Source of the DNA: Balamuthia mandrillaris
Taxonomy: Eukaryota
Reading direction: 5' to 3'
Assembly: GCA_031835245.2 (NCBI GenBank)
Contig: JAVKOQ020000017.1
Coordinates: 248,001-312,000 of the forward strand
DNA length: 64,000 bases
Under the pieces are notes generated by a model that had not been told where the DNA came from, made no database searches, and saw only the letters and a list, made by a program, of their open reading frames with translations. Positions within the stretch are counted from its first letter, which is position 1. Each line of letters opens with the position of its first letter. The position numbers were made by a program, and so were the translations under genes. Shown here piece by piece: positions 24,290 through 36,756 of the stretch.

Positions 24290-26956
24290 ATGGAGGAAAT
24301 GATAGAACTTCCTGTTGCGTCTTCTTCTTCCTCCTCCTCCTCTCCTGCACTGGGCAAAGATCTGCAACGGATCAGCTTGGATGAGAGCACTCCTTTGCAA
24401 GAGCAGCACCGGAAAAATGATGAAGACGGACACAACGAAGAAGAAGAAGAAGAAGATGAAGCAAAAGAAGAAGAGGCAACACAGCACACCAACATCGCAC
24501 AGAAACAACCAAGCGCCTCCACCATTCTTAAAAGCTCAACAACCAGCGAACACCCAACCAGACACCGAAGGTCCTCCACGTCGGTGTTCCTCAACACAAA
24601 CACCGACGAGTTCAACTCCGAAACCACCACCACCTCCGACGAGGAGGAGGTCTTTGGTGGAATAGCCTGTAAATCGAGGGCACTCAAGAACTCGCGGGGC
24701 GGAGATGACACCCTCTGCGACGCCGACAACACCAAACGGTCGGTTGGACATTTTTTGGGGTTTCACCGGTTGGGCATCGCGCTGTGGTTCATTGTCATCT
24801 TCATTCCAAACACCTTTGTCATCATCTTCTTTGGGGTGTTGCCATTGGGGGACCCGGACCAGGGCATCTGGGAGGAGGGAGGGGTTTGGCCGCAAGTCTT
24901 TGTGATCAATCCTTTCATTTGGGCGGTGGTGGGCTACCTTAACATGGCCTGCTATTTTGGGTGTGTGGAGCGGGAAAGACCCTTTCGAGCATTTGGTACC
25001 ACCCCACCAACTCCACTGCTTCTTTTCTGTTCTTGTTTTTGTCTGTTTGCTTCGTTTTCTTTTCTTGTTTTTCCTCTGTTGGCTTTGTTTTTTTTTCCAT
25101 GCCTTTCTCCTTCTCCTTCTCCTTCTCCTTCTCCTTCTCCTTCTCCTTCTCCTTCTCCTTCCCCCCCCCCCCCCCTCCTTCTCCTTCTCCTTCCTCCTTC
25201 TCCTTCTCCTTCTCCTTCTCTTCTCTTCTCCTTCTCCTTCTCCTTCTCCTTCTCCTTCTCTTTTTCGCTTGCCTTCTTCTTCTCTCTCCTCCTCTTCTCT
25301 TCTCCTTTGGTCTTTCGTCTCGCTCTCTCTCTCTCTCTCTCTCATATACCTTGAGTGGTGTAAGTGGATATATTTGACTGACAGTCACCTCTTCTCTTAT
25401 TCTGTGGTCAGTGCCAATAACAATAGTGACGTACGTGTTGGAGGTTATGGTATCGCTGCCTCTCGTTCAGTGGCTCGGGTATTTTCAGGCGATTGGCATT
25501 ATCAGCATGGGTTTATGCTATTTATCCACATTTACTGGTTCGTTGACTCCTCATATTCGTTCTCGTTCTCGTTCTCGTTCTTTTTCACTTCTGTTATTAT
25601 TCTTCTCTTCGTCTCATATAATAATTAAACAGGGGTCATCTTATACGAATATTTCTTCGTCCAAAAGCGCACAAAAGCACAACTAGCAAAGAGCCTTAAC
25701 TACCTTAAAATCGCCATTGCCATCTTCATTCACATCGGCATTTTGACCTCCTATATTGTTGCCTATCGAGAAGTTCCTTCTAGCGTGCAGCCAGCGTTGA
25801 CGTTCACTCTCGCCATCATCACTTTTATCCTGCGCAAAACCTTGTTGAGTTTTACTGATCCTTATCCATTGGAAATAGCAATGCTCATAGCTGCACTTTG
25901 GGCTGAAAACATGGATGATATGGTACTGTTCTCTCGTTCTCTCGTTCTGCTTGTCTTCTTAGCTGCTTCTCTCGCTCTCTTCTCTCTTCGCTCTTCTCTG
26001 CATCTCTCGTTTTGCTTCTCTGCTTCTCTCTTCTTCCTGCTTTTTCTTTCACATCTAACGAACGCTATACTTTCATTTCACTTTTTAATTGGCAGTTTCA
26101 AACGCTGGCTTATCCTAGCGTCACTGAACCAATCAACTATGTCTACATTTTTATTGTGAACTTTTTTGCCAATGTGCTTAATCTTCTGTTTCTTACGCCT
26201 CAGTACGCACCGGCCTTTCGTCGCCTGCTTCTCTCCTCTTCTTAAACTCTATCTGATTTTTCTTTCGTCCAACTAAAAACAACAGATGGTTTCGGTTTCG
26301 GGTCTGGATCAAAGGAGTGCTCACCTGTAAGTGCAAAAACATGCCAAGCCGGAACGACGATGATTTGGACGACGATAGAGGACATTCCAACAATCGTCCA
26401 GGTATTCATCACTTACTTTTCTTTCTTCTTCTCTATCTTTCTACCTTCATCTTCTTCCTTCCTTCCGTTTTGCTCACCCTTTCTCTCTCTCTCTCTCTCT
26501 CTCTCTCACTCACTTACACACACATCACTTAAAGGTTATTTGCGAAGACAAATTCGCTTTTACTTCTGGAAGATCATAAGTCAGTTCTGTGCCTCCATTT
26601 TCTATCTTGGCATCAGCTCCGTCCTCCGTTACGGCATCAACAGAGAGTACTATCCGCTGGGCACGGACCCCTTTGATGAGGGCGACGACCACGAGAACAA
26701 ACTCCTATTCCACGACTGGCGGAACAGCATGATCTACGCCAGCTCCAACCTCCTGATCATCCTCGCCTCGGGTATCATCGGCTTTGTATTTATCAAGTAT
26801 TGCCTGAAGGGCGCGTATGTGCATATGGTGGAGGTGCACGGCAATCTGCTGTTGCACAACTGGACCTATATCGGGTTGGTGACGGTCATATTGGCTCACA
26901 ACGGTATCGTGGCAGTGGCCATGATTCAGTACCATCAGCGCATTTGGTTTTCGTAA
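24290..26956 (+). CDS. Multi-pass membrane protein of unknown function (5 introns)
   Basis: Spliced exons give many hydrophobic helices (e.g. GIALWFIVIFIPNTFVIIFFG, IISQFCASIFYLGI, LLIILASGIIGFVFI) after an acidic N-terminal tail. Confidence 0.75.
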
Positions 26957-27427
26957 AACAAATACAAAAAAAAATCCTTTTACTTTTCAAAAAACAAACT
27001 CTTTTTTTTTGTTTATTTATTTATTTATTTTTTTTTATTTTTGTTTTATTTTTTTGTTGATTTATAAATTTATTTCCAGAAAATTTTTTTTTTTTGCTGT
27101 GAATTTATCCCAAAATAAAAAGGCATCATCAAACACCTATAAATATTTATAGTCGACAGAGGAATAAAATTCGGCTGGAAGGAAGCGGAAGAAGAAAGCC
27201 AACACCTCGCTCTTTCTTTTACTTTCTCGCTCGGCGTCGACTTTCCCGTCGATGTTTTCGTTTCGCAGCCAGAGCCATCATGCGTTGATCTCACCTTGGG
27301 CACCTCTGGCTAGGCTCACCATGAAGCCTTAGGAATCAAGAAGAGAATAGCACCCATCCCTTCAAACCAAACGAAACGAAAAGAAAAAGAAATAAAAACT
27401 AAGAGATGTGAAGAAACAAATTTGTGT

Positions 27428-28966
27428 TCACTTGTTGCGATGGTGGTGACCAAGAAGAGGGAGGAGGGTGGCGGTGGAGGCTCTTGGCCGCAGATGCCCC
27501 TTTTGCGGACCTATCCAACCTCCGCCGTTGGGCTGTGCCGCCCGTATGGCCGGTGCGACGAGGCTCGGTTTATCACCACCAACGGTCTTGGCTTTGCGTC
27601 TTTGAGGCTGCTGAGCGGAGGTGGCGGCCACCATACGAATGGAAAAACTGCGTCCTCGAGGAGAAGCTATGAAAGTGAAGGTTGAAGAGGCTTTTGGAGT
27701 CAAGGAAGAAGACGAAGAAGAAGAGCTCTTCTCCTTCTGAAAGAGAGACGGTGCCGATTCATCCAAAGAAGAAGCAGCCGAAGAAGACGACAGCAACGTT
27801 GAGATATTGTCAGCGGTGGAGGCCTTTCCTTTGGTGGTGGAACCTCTTCTTCGTATGCTGCCGACGAGTTTAGTCGTGAGTCTTCTTGGTGAAGAAGTGG
27901 AAGCGGACTTCAGCTCCGCCGAAGGATAAGATGACGCTGGTGAAGAAGAGGCAGAAGAGAAGACAGAGGATGAGAGTGTAGAAGGGGAGTGTTTTCGTGT
28001 GGAAGCAGAGAGGAAAGAATGGGAGGTATGCCGTTTGGATGAAGAAGGAGCTAGCCGAGGTGACGTCGTGGCGGAGCGGGCTTTCTTTGTTGACCACCCT
28101 GCCTTGGTCTCTTCCTTGGATATTGTTTTGCTTCTTCCCTTTTCTTCTTCTTCTTCTTCACTCGAAGAAGGGGAAGGAGAGGATGACGATGGAGAAGCGC
28201 CCAAAAGCTGAACAAAGGAGGAGGGAAAGAGCCCATATCTACCGTCCTGTGTTTCCCCAGTCCACCAGCCGCTTCCATCTAACTCCAAGATAGTCACCGT
28301 TTCTCCTACAAATAGAGCCATCTCGTCAGAGTCTTTAGCTTCGTAGGGATGAATGACTATTGCCTTTTGAAGTGTAGCTTTGGCTTTGTCTTTTCCGTCC
28401 CTTCGTTGCTCATCAGCACAAGCAATCTGTGTTCCTTCTGTATCGTCACCTTCTTTTTCATATCCTTCATCTCTCTTTATTTTCCCTTCTATTTCCTGTG
28501 CATCTTTTGCTGCGTTATCTTTTTCTTTTGCTTCTGAAGCTCGATCCTCATTTGTTTCTTCAGTGGAATGGCCTTTATCCGGTTGTTTTTTGGCCTCCGT
28601 TTCGGTTGTTGAGTGAAGTTCATCCAACAAAGATCTTTGTCCCCTTTCTTTTGCCTGGCATTCAATTGCTCCTTCTGGTTCTATAATTTTGTTGTGTTCC
28701 TCAAAAGGTGTATACGTCCGTAGTTCTTGGAACTCTGCTTGCTTTTCAGTAAATATCTGCTCATAAACCGGGTTCTCCTTCGTATGCACGGCGTCTTTTC
28801 TGATTGCTTGTACCAGCGTACCACAAACTCTTTCTCCCTTTGTTTCGTGCCTGACGAGGCCGTCGAGTTTGAGGCGGGTCGGGCCAACGATGGAAGGAAA
28901 GAGCTTGACGTCCTGTTCGATCATCATCCTTCTGGGGGACCTCCGCATCACCTCCGCTGGTTGCAT
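27428..28966 (-). CDS. SH3-domain protein with Ser-rich C-terminal region (3' end may include a further short exon)
   Basis: AIVIHPYEAKDSDEMALFVGETVTILELDGSGWWTGETQDGRYGLFPSSFV is a canonical SH3 domain. Confidence 0.85.
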   Translation of the reverse strand: MQPAEVMRRSPRRMMIEQDVKLFPSIVGPTRLKLDGLVRHETKGERVCGTLVQAIRKDAVHTKENPVYEQIFTEKQAEFQELRTYTPFEEHNKIIEPEGAIECQAKERGQRSLLDELHSTTETEAKKQPDKGHSTEETNEDRASEAKEKDNAAKDAQEIEGKIKRDEGYEKEGDDTEGTQIACADEQRRDGKDKAKATLQKAIVIHPYEAKDSDEMALFVGETVTILELDGSGWWTGETQDGRYGLFPSSFVQLLGASPSSSSPSPSSSEEEEEEKGRSKTISKEETKAGWSTKKARSATTSPRLAPSSSKRHTSHSFLSASTRKHSPSTLSSSVFSSASSSPASSYPSAELKSASTSSPRRLTTKLVGSIRRRGSTTKGKASTADNISTLLSSSSAASSLDESAPSLFQKEKSSSSSSSSLTPKASSTFTFIASPRGRSFSIRMVAATSAQQPQRRKAKTVGGDKPSLVAPAIRAAQPNGGGWIGPQKGHLRPRASTATLLPLLGHHHRNK

Positions 28967-29423
28967 CCTTGTGTTTCTTTATCTTACAAAAACAAAATCT
29001 GTGCTGTGGAACTTTTGTTTATCTCCTCAAAATGTTATTTCTTTGAATGGACACTTTCCTTTTTTTGACGAATCCCGAAACTGTTATAAGTACCACAACT
29101 TCTGCTCACAATGGTCATAAAAGCTGCACCACGAAATGACAATTTTTTCTGAGAAATCCGTGTGGCCAATAGAACGGACGCTTTGAAAAAAATGCTGATC
29201 GCGTTATTTTTGGAGAGCTGATGTCACCATTACTTGAAGTTTAAAGTAACAAAAAAAGAACTATAGGATGAATTATTTGAACGTTACTTGAATTGGACTT
29301 ATTTTTCATGAAAGTCGACACTTTTTACCTAAAATAAATTTTCCTCCGCGAAATTCATCCACACCACATAAGTCATTCTCCCGTTTATCTTTTCTCTCAA
29401 CAAACAAACATCAAAACAACGCA

Positions 29424-30008
29424 ATGTGCACCAAAGGTATCAAATTGGTGGTCGTTGGGGATGGAGCCGTGGGCAAGACTTGCCTTCTCCTTTCCTACGC
29501 CCAAAACAGACCCCCGGCAACGGATGAGTACATTCCCACCATCTTTGAGAACTACGTGGTCTGCCTCACGGCTGGGGATGACATCATAGAGCTCTCCTTG
29601 TGGGACACAGCCGGACAGGAGGAGTACGACAGACTGCGTCCCCTCAGCTATGGCAATGCGGACGTCGTCCTGCTATGCTTCTCTGTGGACAATCCGACCT
29701 CCTTTGAGAACGTCACCTCCAGGTGGTATCCGGAGCTTCGGCACTACATCCCAAACGTTCCCACAGTGCTGGTGGGGACCAAGAAGGACAGACGTAACGC
29801 ATACGACACGACAGGACGGTTCGTGAAGCCAGAGGAGGCTCTCAACTTGGCCAAAACGTTGAAGGCCAAAGATTACGTCGAGTGCTCTGCCATTACAGGA
29901 GAAAACTTGAAGCAGGTCTTTGATACGGCGGTGAAGACCGTGCTCTTCTCTGGTAACAAGAAGAGCAAGAAGCGGAGAGGAGGAAAGAAGAAGTGTGCTT
30001 TTATGTAA
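29424..30008 (+). CDS. Rho/Rac-family small GTPase, intronless
   Basis: GDGAVGKT, YIPTIFENY, WDTAGQEEYDRLRPLSY, GTKKD, ECSA, a polybasic tail and CaaX CAFM. Confidence 0.96.
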   Translation: MCTKGIKLVVVGDGAVGKTCLLLSYAQNRPPATDEYIPTIFENYVVCLTAGDDIIELSLWDTAGQEEYDRLRPLSYGNADVVLLCFSVDNPTSFENVTSRWYPELRHYIPNVPTVLVGTKKDRRNAYDTTGRFVKPEEALNLAKTLKAKDYVECSAITGENLKQVFDTAVKTVLFSGNKKSKKRRGGKKKCAFM

Positions 30009-30130
30009 ACTGATTTTAGCTTGTAAATAAGAAACGGGAAGAGACATAAAGTCTCTAATATTTATTTTTTTTTTAACACAAAAAAGTCTACTCAAGAAAT
30101 GAAAACCACACCACAAGGGAAAGAGACCAT

Positions 30131-31369
30131 TCAAAGAAGAACTGGTAAATTGTCCATCTTGTAAGCCAGGACGAGATCGTTCACTGTTATCGCTCCAAGT
30201 TCAGCCGTATAAAGCTCCACCATTACACCTCTTCCTTCTGTATATGCTTATCAATGTTAAATCCTCAACACTGGAGAAGAAGTTGAGAAGAAGAAGAAAC
30301 GAGTACCACCTTGGAGAATAACTGTCGGATGATGTTTTTCGCGAGCAGCAACTTTGACGACTCTGTTGAAAAAGCTAATACAAGAGTTGAATCCGTCCAA
30401 GTGCCACTCCTTCGCTATCACGAGACTTGGAGCATCTGACAACACGCTCTTTCGAACGCACCATCCCCGTTTCATCATATCCCCCTTTAGCTCCTTCTCT
30501 GCATCCGCTTTGGTGAGAACATGATGTTGGGAGAGCTCTTCTGCAGGGATGCAACTTTGATCTTCCCAGTTATGTCCATCAGTTGTGAAGCTAAAAGCTG
30601 AAGAATAGGAGGACGAGGATGGAGAAGACAAATATGGCGAAGAAGAAGAAGGAAAAGAAGAAGAAAGAAATGGTGATGATGAAGCAGTGGCTGCAGCAAA
30701 CGAGGATGATGAAGTAGGAGAAATAGCAGAAAAACTAGACGAAGCAGTGATGGCCTCTGCTTCAATGGAAGCGAGCAACACGTCCAACTCCTTTTGCGCC
30801 GCGTCCACATCATCCATCTCAACGATCCTTGTCTGTTTCGCATTCTCCGCTTTTTCCTTTTCTTTTTCTTTGTGTCTTTGTCTGTCGGGCATTACTTCCG
30901 CATTGTTCAGAACAGTTCGTTCATTACTTCTAGGTTGTACCTCTTTCTTTCCTTCTTGCTGTTGTGGAGGATTTGGCTGTTGTGAAACGTATTTCTGTTC
31001 GACAAGAGAAGGATCTTCCAAAAGATAAAGCCACGGTTTCGTCTTTCTATCCCATTCCTTCCTTCTTCTCTTCTGTTCCTCCTCCTTTCTCAACAGGGCC
31101 AAGCGCTCTTCCTCCCTCCTCCTCTCCTCCAAGAGCATCTTTTGGAGCTCCTCCTCAGTGAGCTGTCTCTGAAAGCGTCCGCTTTTTGTTGTGCCGGAGT
31201 CCTCCGTCCTGCTGGTCTCAGGTGCTCTTTGCGGTTTGACGGCAGGAATGGAGCCGGAAGAGGATAAAGGATGCGGGGCTACGGTCCCTCCTTTTTTCCT
31301 CAGCTCAGCACGTTCAATAGTCTTTGCAAGACGTTGCTCCTCCAGCGCAGAAGAAGTTATGTCGGCCAT
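30131..31369 (-). CDS. Protein with C-terminal pterin-4a-carbinolamine dehydratase (PCD/COG2154)-like domain (1 intron)
   Basis: FNSCISFFNRVVKVAAREKHHPTVILQG|EGRGVMVELYTAELGAITVNDLVLAYKMD matches the PCD fold pattern. The N-terminus is long, coiled-coil and low-complexity. Confidence 0.8.
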
Positions 31370-32002
31370 GGCTTCAACATAGGATTCCTTTTTTTGTTGG
31401 TTTTGGTGCCAATTATAATAACATATTAATTAAAACACTGCCGGGACTGCAACCAGCACTGAAGCAGGCAATGGTATCTTTGGGATGACAAACTCTCAGC
31501 TCTCACCTCAGGGGAACAAAATGAACGTTGAAACACAACCTTCCATCAGAGATTCTCCATCAGCCCCGTGGTTAACATTCCAATTGGAGGAATTAACGTA
31601 TTATTCACTTTTTAAGTCTTCACCAAGGCCTGTTCGGCCGGAGTGGTCTGTTTCCAAACAAAAGAAACAGCTTGGCTTGCTCTCTTGCTCTCTCTCTCTT
31701 GCTCTCTCTCAGTTGCGGAACAAAAAATACACCAAAGCGAAAAGTATTTCATGACGACGTGAAATTAACAAAAAACAACCCCCACAACCAGTTTTTCTTG
31801 GCAAGAAGAAGCTGCACTGCGAGAGAGAAACAACGGAACGAGAAAGAAAGCGAAACGCTTGGTTGTTGCTACGCTTTTCGTTCGTTTGTTGGTTTGTTTG
31901 TAAACTTTTTTTTTAAAAAAAAAAAAACAAAAACAGTACACCGAGTTTGGGTTGATGCTCTGCCGAACCTAGCACTACTGGACGGAACCAAAGGTAAAGG
32001 TG

Positions 32003-34258
32003 ATGCTGCGTGGAAGGATAAACTCGGTTGGGAGACACCGCCCTCGCTTGTTCGGTGGTGGATGGGAGCCCCGGCCGCTCATGCAGCGACGTGCAAACCC
32101 TTTCTACTCTCGTTCTTTCTGTACAACAACTGCCACCACTAGCGCAACCACGAGCAACGGTGTAGCAGCTCAACCAGCGATTAGCAACAGGCGCTTCTCT
32201 TTTCGCTTTGCCGCATTGGCGTTGACGGGAGGTGCTGCTGTTTGGTACCAAGTGAAGGACACTTCCTTTGAGCCAGAACCTCTGAAGGAACTCAGAAGTA
32301 CAGAGCTTTCTTTTTGTCTTGTTATCTTTTCTTTTCAGTTTTAGTTTCAAAAGCTGATCATCGTGTTGGCCTCGAAGCTGCGACTAAAACAGTGGTGCGT
32401 GGAGGAAGAACGCTGTTGACGATGGCCGCCATCGCAGCGGACTACAAGTACACGTGGTGGCGCTACCAACCCATCGAAGGGGATGCCGTCTCCGAGCAAA
32501 TGGCCAAGGAGCAGACCTCCCAGGTCCACAAACGCTCCGCCGAGCGGCTGCTGCGACTCTGTCAGACCAACAAGGGGCTCTACATCAAAGTAGGGCAGTA
32601 TCTCTCCTCCATGGTCATCCCTAGGGAGTACACTACTACCCTGCGCGTCCTGCAGGACCAAGCTCCCTCTGTGGACTTTAGCGTGGTGCGTCAGGTCTTT
32701 ATGGAGGACTTGGGGCATCCCCCGGAACACTTCTTCAAGGAGTTTGAGGAAAAGCCCTTGGCTGCCGCCTCTTTGGCTCAAGTGCATAGAGCCATTACCC
32801 ACGATGGCAGGGAGGTAGCCGTCAAAGTGCAGTATCCGAACCTGAGAGCGGAGTTTGCGGGAGACATGTGGACCCATGAGACTGTGCTTAAGATCGCTCC
32901 GATAGTGTTTGAAGGGTTCGACCTGGCATGGGCTCATGAGGAGATCGAAAGCAATCTCGTTAAGGAGCTGGACTTTGAGAACGAGGGACGCAATGCCGAA
33001 CGGTGTGCTAGAAACTTCAAAGACAACCCGAGAATCTACGTGCCAAAGATCTATTGGGACCTCACCTCCAAACGGATACTCGGCATGGAGTTCATTCATG
33101 GCTTGAAGATCACGCAAACGGAGAAGATAAAGGAGGACCTTAGCCTAGACGTTGCGGCGGTGGTAGGGACCGCCATTAAGGCCATGGCCGAACAGATTTA
33201 TGTTCATGGCTTCGTGCATTGCGACCCTCACCCTGGAAACCTCTTCGTCCGCAGGACACCTTGCTCTTTATCTTCTTCATCCTTTCCTTCTTCTCCCACA
33301 CCTTCCTCATCTTGTCTATCTTCGTTATTCTCTCTTCTGCACCATCCACAATCTCAAACACGAGCGAAAGGGGGAAAGAAAGACTTTCAATTGGTCATAT
33401 TGGACCATGGTCTCTATCGCCAGCTCTCGGAGAAGACAAGGATAACTTACTGTCGACTATGGGAATCCCTTATTCTCCGCGACGACGTCAACGTGGCCAA
33501 ACACAGCAAGGCTCTTGGCGTGGACAACTGGAACCTTTTTGCCATTCTTGTTCTGATGAGACCCTACGCAACCTCCTCTGGTGTAGCCTTTTCCAAACAA
33601 TACGTTGACTTCAAAAAGTTGTTGAACAAACAACCACAAACGGAAGCAGAAGCAGCAGAAGACAACTCTTTCAACGACTATTATAAACTCTACTCTCAGT
33701 TTAACACGCAAGACAAAAAGAGTCAACTGTTGGAGGAAATGCAGAGAGCAATGTTTCAACAAGTGACAGAAGTGTTTCAAATGATGAAGCAGATGCCAAG
33801 GGAGTTGCTGTTGGTGATGCGCAACCAGAATTACTTGAGGGCACTCAACAAAGAGCTTGGAGAGCCTGTCAATCGATTTGCTATCATGGCACGTACTGCA
33901 GTACAAGGTACTCACTCTTCCTTCCCTTGTGTTATCCCGTCTTATTCTAGTCATTCCAGTCCTCTCTGTTATTATTTCTTTATTTGTTTGCACTGACGAT
34001 AATGGTGTAGGCATTCATCACCGAAATCCAATTGTACCAGTGGAAAAAGTGCAAGGAGAAGAGAAACTCAAAGTGGCGGACGAGCTTCCAGTGAGATCAA
34101 ATAGCGTGTCAGCTCTCGCCAGCACGCTGCGGTTCGAGCTGAACCTTGTGCTGTCGGATTGGCTTTACTGGCTGACTCGGTGGTACCTCAGCTTGATTCT
34201 CCCCAAAGAGCTGCTCGAACAAGCAGAGTTCAACGAAGAGATTGCTTTGGAAGTGTAG
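32003..34258 (+). CDS. ABC1/UbiB atypical kinase, ADCK1/ADCK5-like, probably mitochondrial (2 introns)
   Basis: KGLYIKVGQ (KxGQ), AAASLAQVH, VAVKVQYP, ELDFENEG, FVHCDPHPGN and LDHGLY. Confidence 0.92.
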
Positions 34259-34370
34259 GTTGAACTTTGGTGAAGCATTACCGTCGACAAGCAGCTGATT
34301 AATTAACGGAAAAACAAAGCGAAGCAACAATAAAGAAAGAAGAAAACGAAGCAACCGAAGCAAGAACCAG

Positions 34371-34625
34371 ATGGCGGATGATTTTGACGATGTGGTGAGG
34401 AAGAAGTTTGCAGGAGGATCTCTTGGTTCAACGCCGCCAGGTTCGCCTTCCTCCGGAAGAAAAGCACCCCGAAAGATTCCCGAGGCCCTGCCTTTGCCGC
34501 CTGGAGGGGAGAACAAGCGACAAGTGCTCGACCTGTTCGAACAGCTGAAACCTATGATCGACCGGTACATAGAGCAACGCGTGGAAGAGCGGCTCCGAGA
34601 GGAACTTGCAAAGCTGCAACAATAA
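34371..34625 (+). CDS. Small hypothetical protein (84 aa) with C-terminal amphipathic helix/coiled coil
   Basis: Coding-like ORF between two genes, with GTCGAC 88 bp upstream as seen for other genes. Confidence 0.55.
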   Translation: MADDFDDVVRKKFAGGSLGSTPPGSPSSGRKAPRKIPEALPLPPGGENKRQVLDLFEQLKPMIDRYIEQRVEERLREELAKLQQ

Positions 34626-35055
34626 GACAGTCTTGCAACTGGGTTTGTTGCCAACACATCTTTTGTTCTGTTCTCCGCCCTGAACTAGGATCTGTACATC
34701 AATCAACTTTTTTATTTTCTTGCTTTCTTCTCTGCTTTTTTTTCCCCCCTGTTTGCGGCAAAACGTTTATCCGGTCGACGATGGAAGGAGGGAGTGCATG
34801 GCCACAACGTTGATCCGACATACTCGTGCGATGACGCCGATCTCTCTCGCATTGTTCCGAAGGAAGCAAGAAAGGAGGGGCAAGTCGATGCGTAACGATA
34901 TTGTCCTTCTCCTCCATCTCATAGAGGGCCTTCTTCCTTCTCAGCATCCTGTCTATACTCGTGTTCCGTGCCTAGCCAAAATATTCCTTTATTCTCTCTT
35001 TTTTTTGTTGTTTAGTTATTGTTTTTTTTACAAGTGAAGGAATACGCGTTGAAAC

Positions 35056-36518
35056 TCAAGCCCGTAAGGAGCGATAAGCAGCAGCGTCCTTTGCCAGTGC
35101 TTCGATCTTCTCCCTCATGGCGAAATCCTCGTTCTCTGTAGAACAAGGTGAAGAGGATGACGGAGAAGAGGAACAGGAACCAACATTATTGTTGGTGCTG
35201 TTGATGTTGCACGAAGAAGATGATGGAGAAGAAGATGAGAGGCTGGCTGAGGCAGCAGCAGCAAGGCGAGGGCCAATGGCGTTAGGCGTGAGGACCATGT
35301 AACCTCTGGAACGGTTGGTGGCTGGGTCGGTGTCCTTCATTGCGGAGAAGAGGAGAGGCAGCTCCACCCAATGCGGCGGATACTTGAACCTCGCCACGTC
35401 CATTATTAATACTGTTACAAAAAAGTGGTGAGGAAAAGAAAACAGCGAGGGTAGAAGAAAAGTGGAACAGAAAAAAGAGGAGAGGAAAGAAAAAAATAAA
35501 AGAGAAGCAAAGTAGAGGCTGAGAGAGAGAAACCATGAGGGAGAGTTTTAACCTAAATCTCTGTCAGGGTGGTAGCCTCCAACAGGGCTGAAGTGGCCAG
35601 CGCCAGTCTGGCCCAACGTCTCACGGTTGTAACCAACCACTATCTGGCTACCCTCAGCACGCGTCGTTTTTGTGACCGCTTCTCGAAAGCTATTCTCATT
35701 GCTGTATCATGCACTTATCAGACAAATACAGAAAAATGAACGGAAAGAAGATAACAAAAGAAAGAAGAAAGAATAACAAGAAGCAAGAAGAAAGAAGAAA
35801 GAAGAGGATAACAGAAAGTGAAGGGAAAAAGCACCTTTCAGTGGCATAGAAAACAGAACAGTCTGCTCCGTTGCACCTCGCCAAACAAGCAAACTCGTTC
35901 ACGGTGGTTCCTTGTTGCTTGACGACCTCCAGCGGCTTGCAACACTCCAGCAGCTCCTCGCTGAACCATCGCCACGGCCCTTTCCACACCCTCTTTGGGT
36001 CAATGGCCAACGCGTTCAACACCATCGCCAACGTCCCTAGTCCACAGTAGCTGTTGAGTTTTTTACAGAGGAAAATGAGAAGAGAAGAAGAGGAGAAGAG
36101 GAAGAAGAAGAAGAAGAAGAGGAGAAGAGGAAGAGGAAGAAGAAGAAGAAGAAGAAGAAGAAGAAGAAGAAGAAGAAGAAGAACAGAGAGTAGGTACGCA
36201 GGTTCGCTCTGCGTGTGAAATTGAGCAGCTAAACTGAAATAGTTTTCCATGTGGCCGCGCTCCAGAGCTTCACGAAACAAAAGCTTCCCTTTTATTCGAA
36301 ACACAAAAGGCAAATGATAGGAAACAAGTCAGTCACGCATGCATTAAAAGTATTTTCGTACTACCACGTTTTTTTTTAATAAACCAAGAACGAAAGGCTA
36401 GACCGGAGATGGCTTACGTGGAATGCATACCTTCTCTCGAGGCAAAGTTAACACAACGAGAGGGCAGTTCTCTGCGATAAAAGCTCTTGAGCTGCTGCGC
36501 TACCGCCGCCGAACTCAT
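35056..36518 (-). CDS. PCS: Phytochelatin synthase (glutathione gamma-glutamylcysteinyltransferase), 4 introns
   Basis: [19 protein letters not shown]..., [20 protein letters not shown] (Cys), [25 protein letters not shown] (His) and [13 protein letters not shown] (Asp). Confidence 0.95.
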
Positions 36519-36756
36519 CTTTCTTTTTTTTCTTTTTATTTTTAGTCATCAGATTTTTTTGCCCGGAGGCTGCACAGATGCTGCTGCACTTGTGTTCTCG
36601 GAGATTTTCGGGTTGTCGTGTCGACGGATTAAGTCGACATTTATAAAGAGAGTCCGAAGCTGGCAAATGATGTCTTTTGGAGAAGCGGGCTATTGGGGAG
36701 ACAAAAATATTAGCGGTTGACTCCAGAAAAGATCGCAAGCAAAAACGTCGGGAAGA

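Noticed and set aside
27266..27335. Hairpin AGCCAGAG...CTCTGGCT downstream of the SH3 gene
   Set aside because: The 8-bp stem is compatible with chance and the region may be a terminal exon; no SECIS core.
31440..31660. Possible structured ncRNA (U3, RNase P or MRP-like) in a divergent spacer
   Set aside because: Only short hairpins; none of the conserved boxes could be matched.
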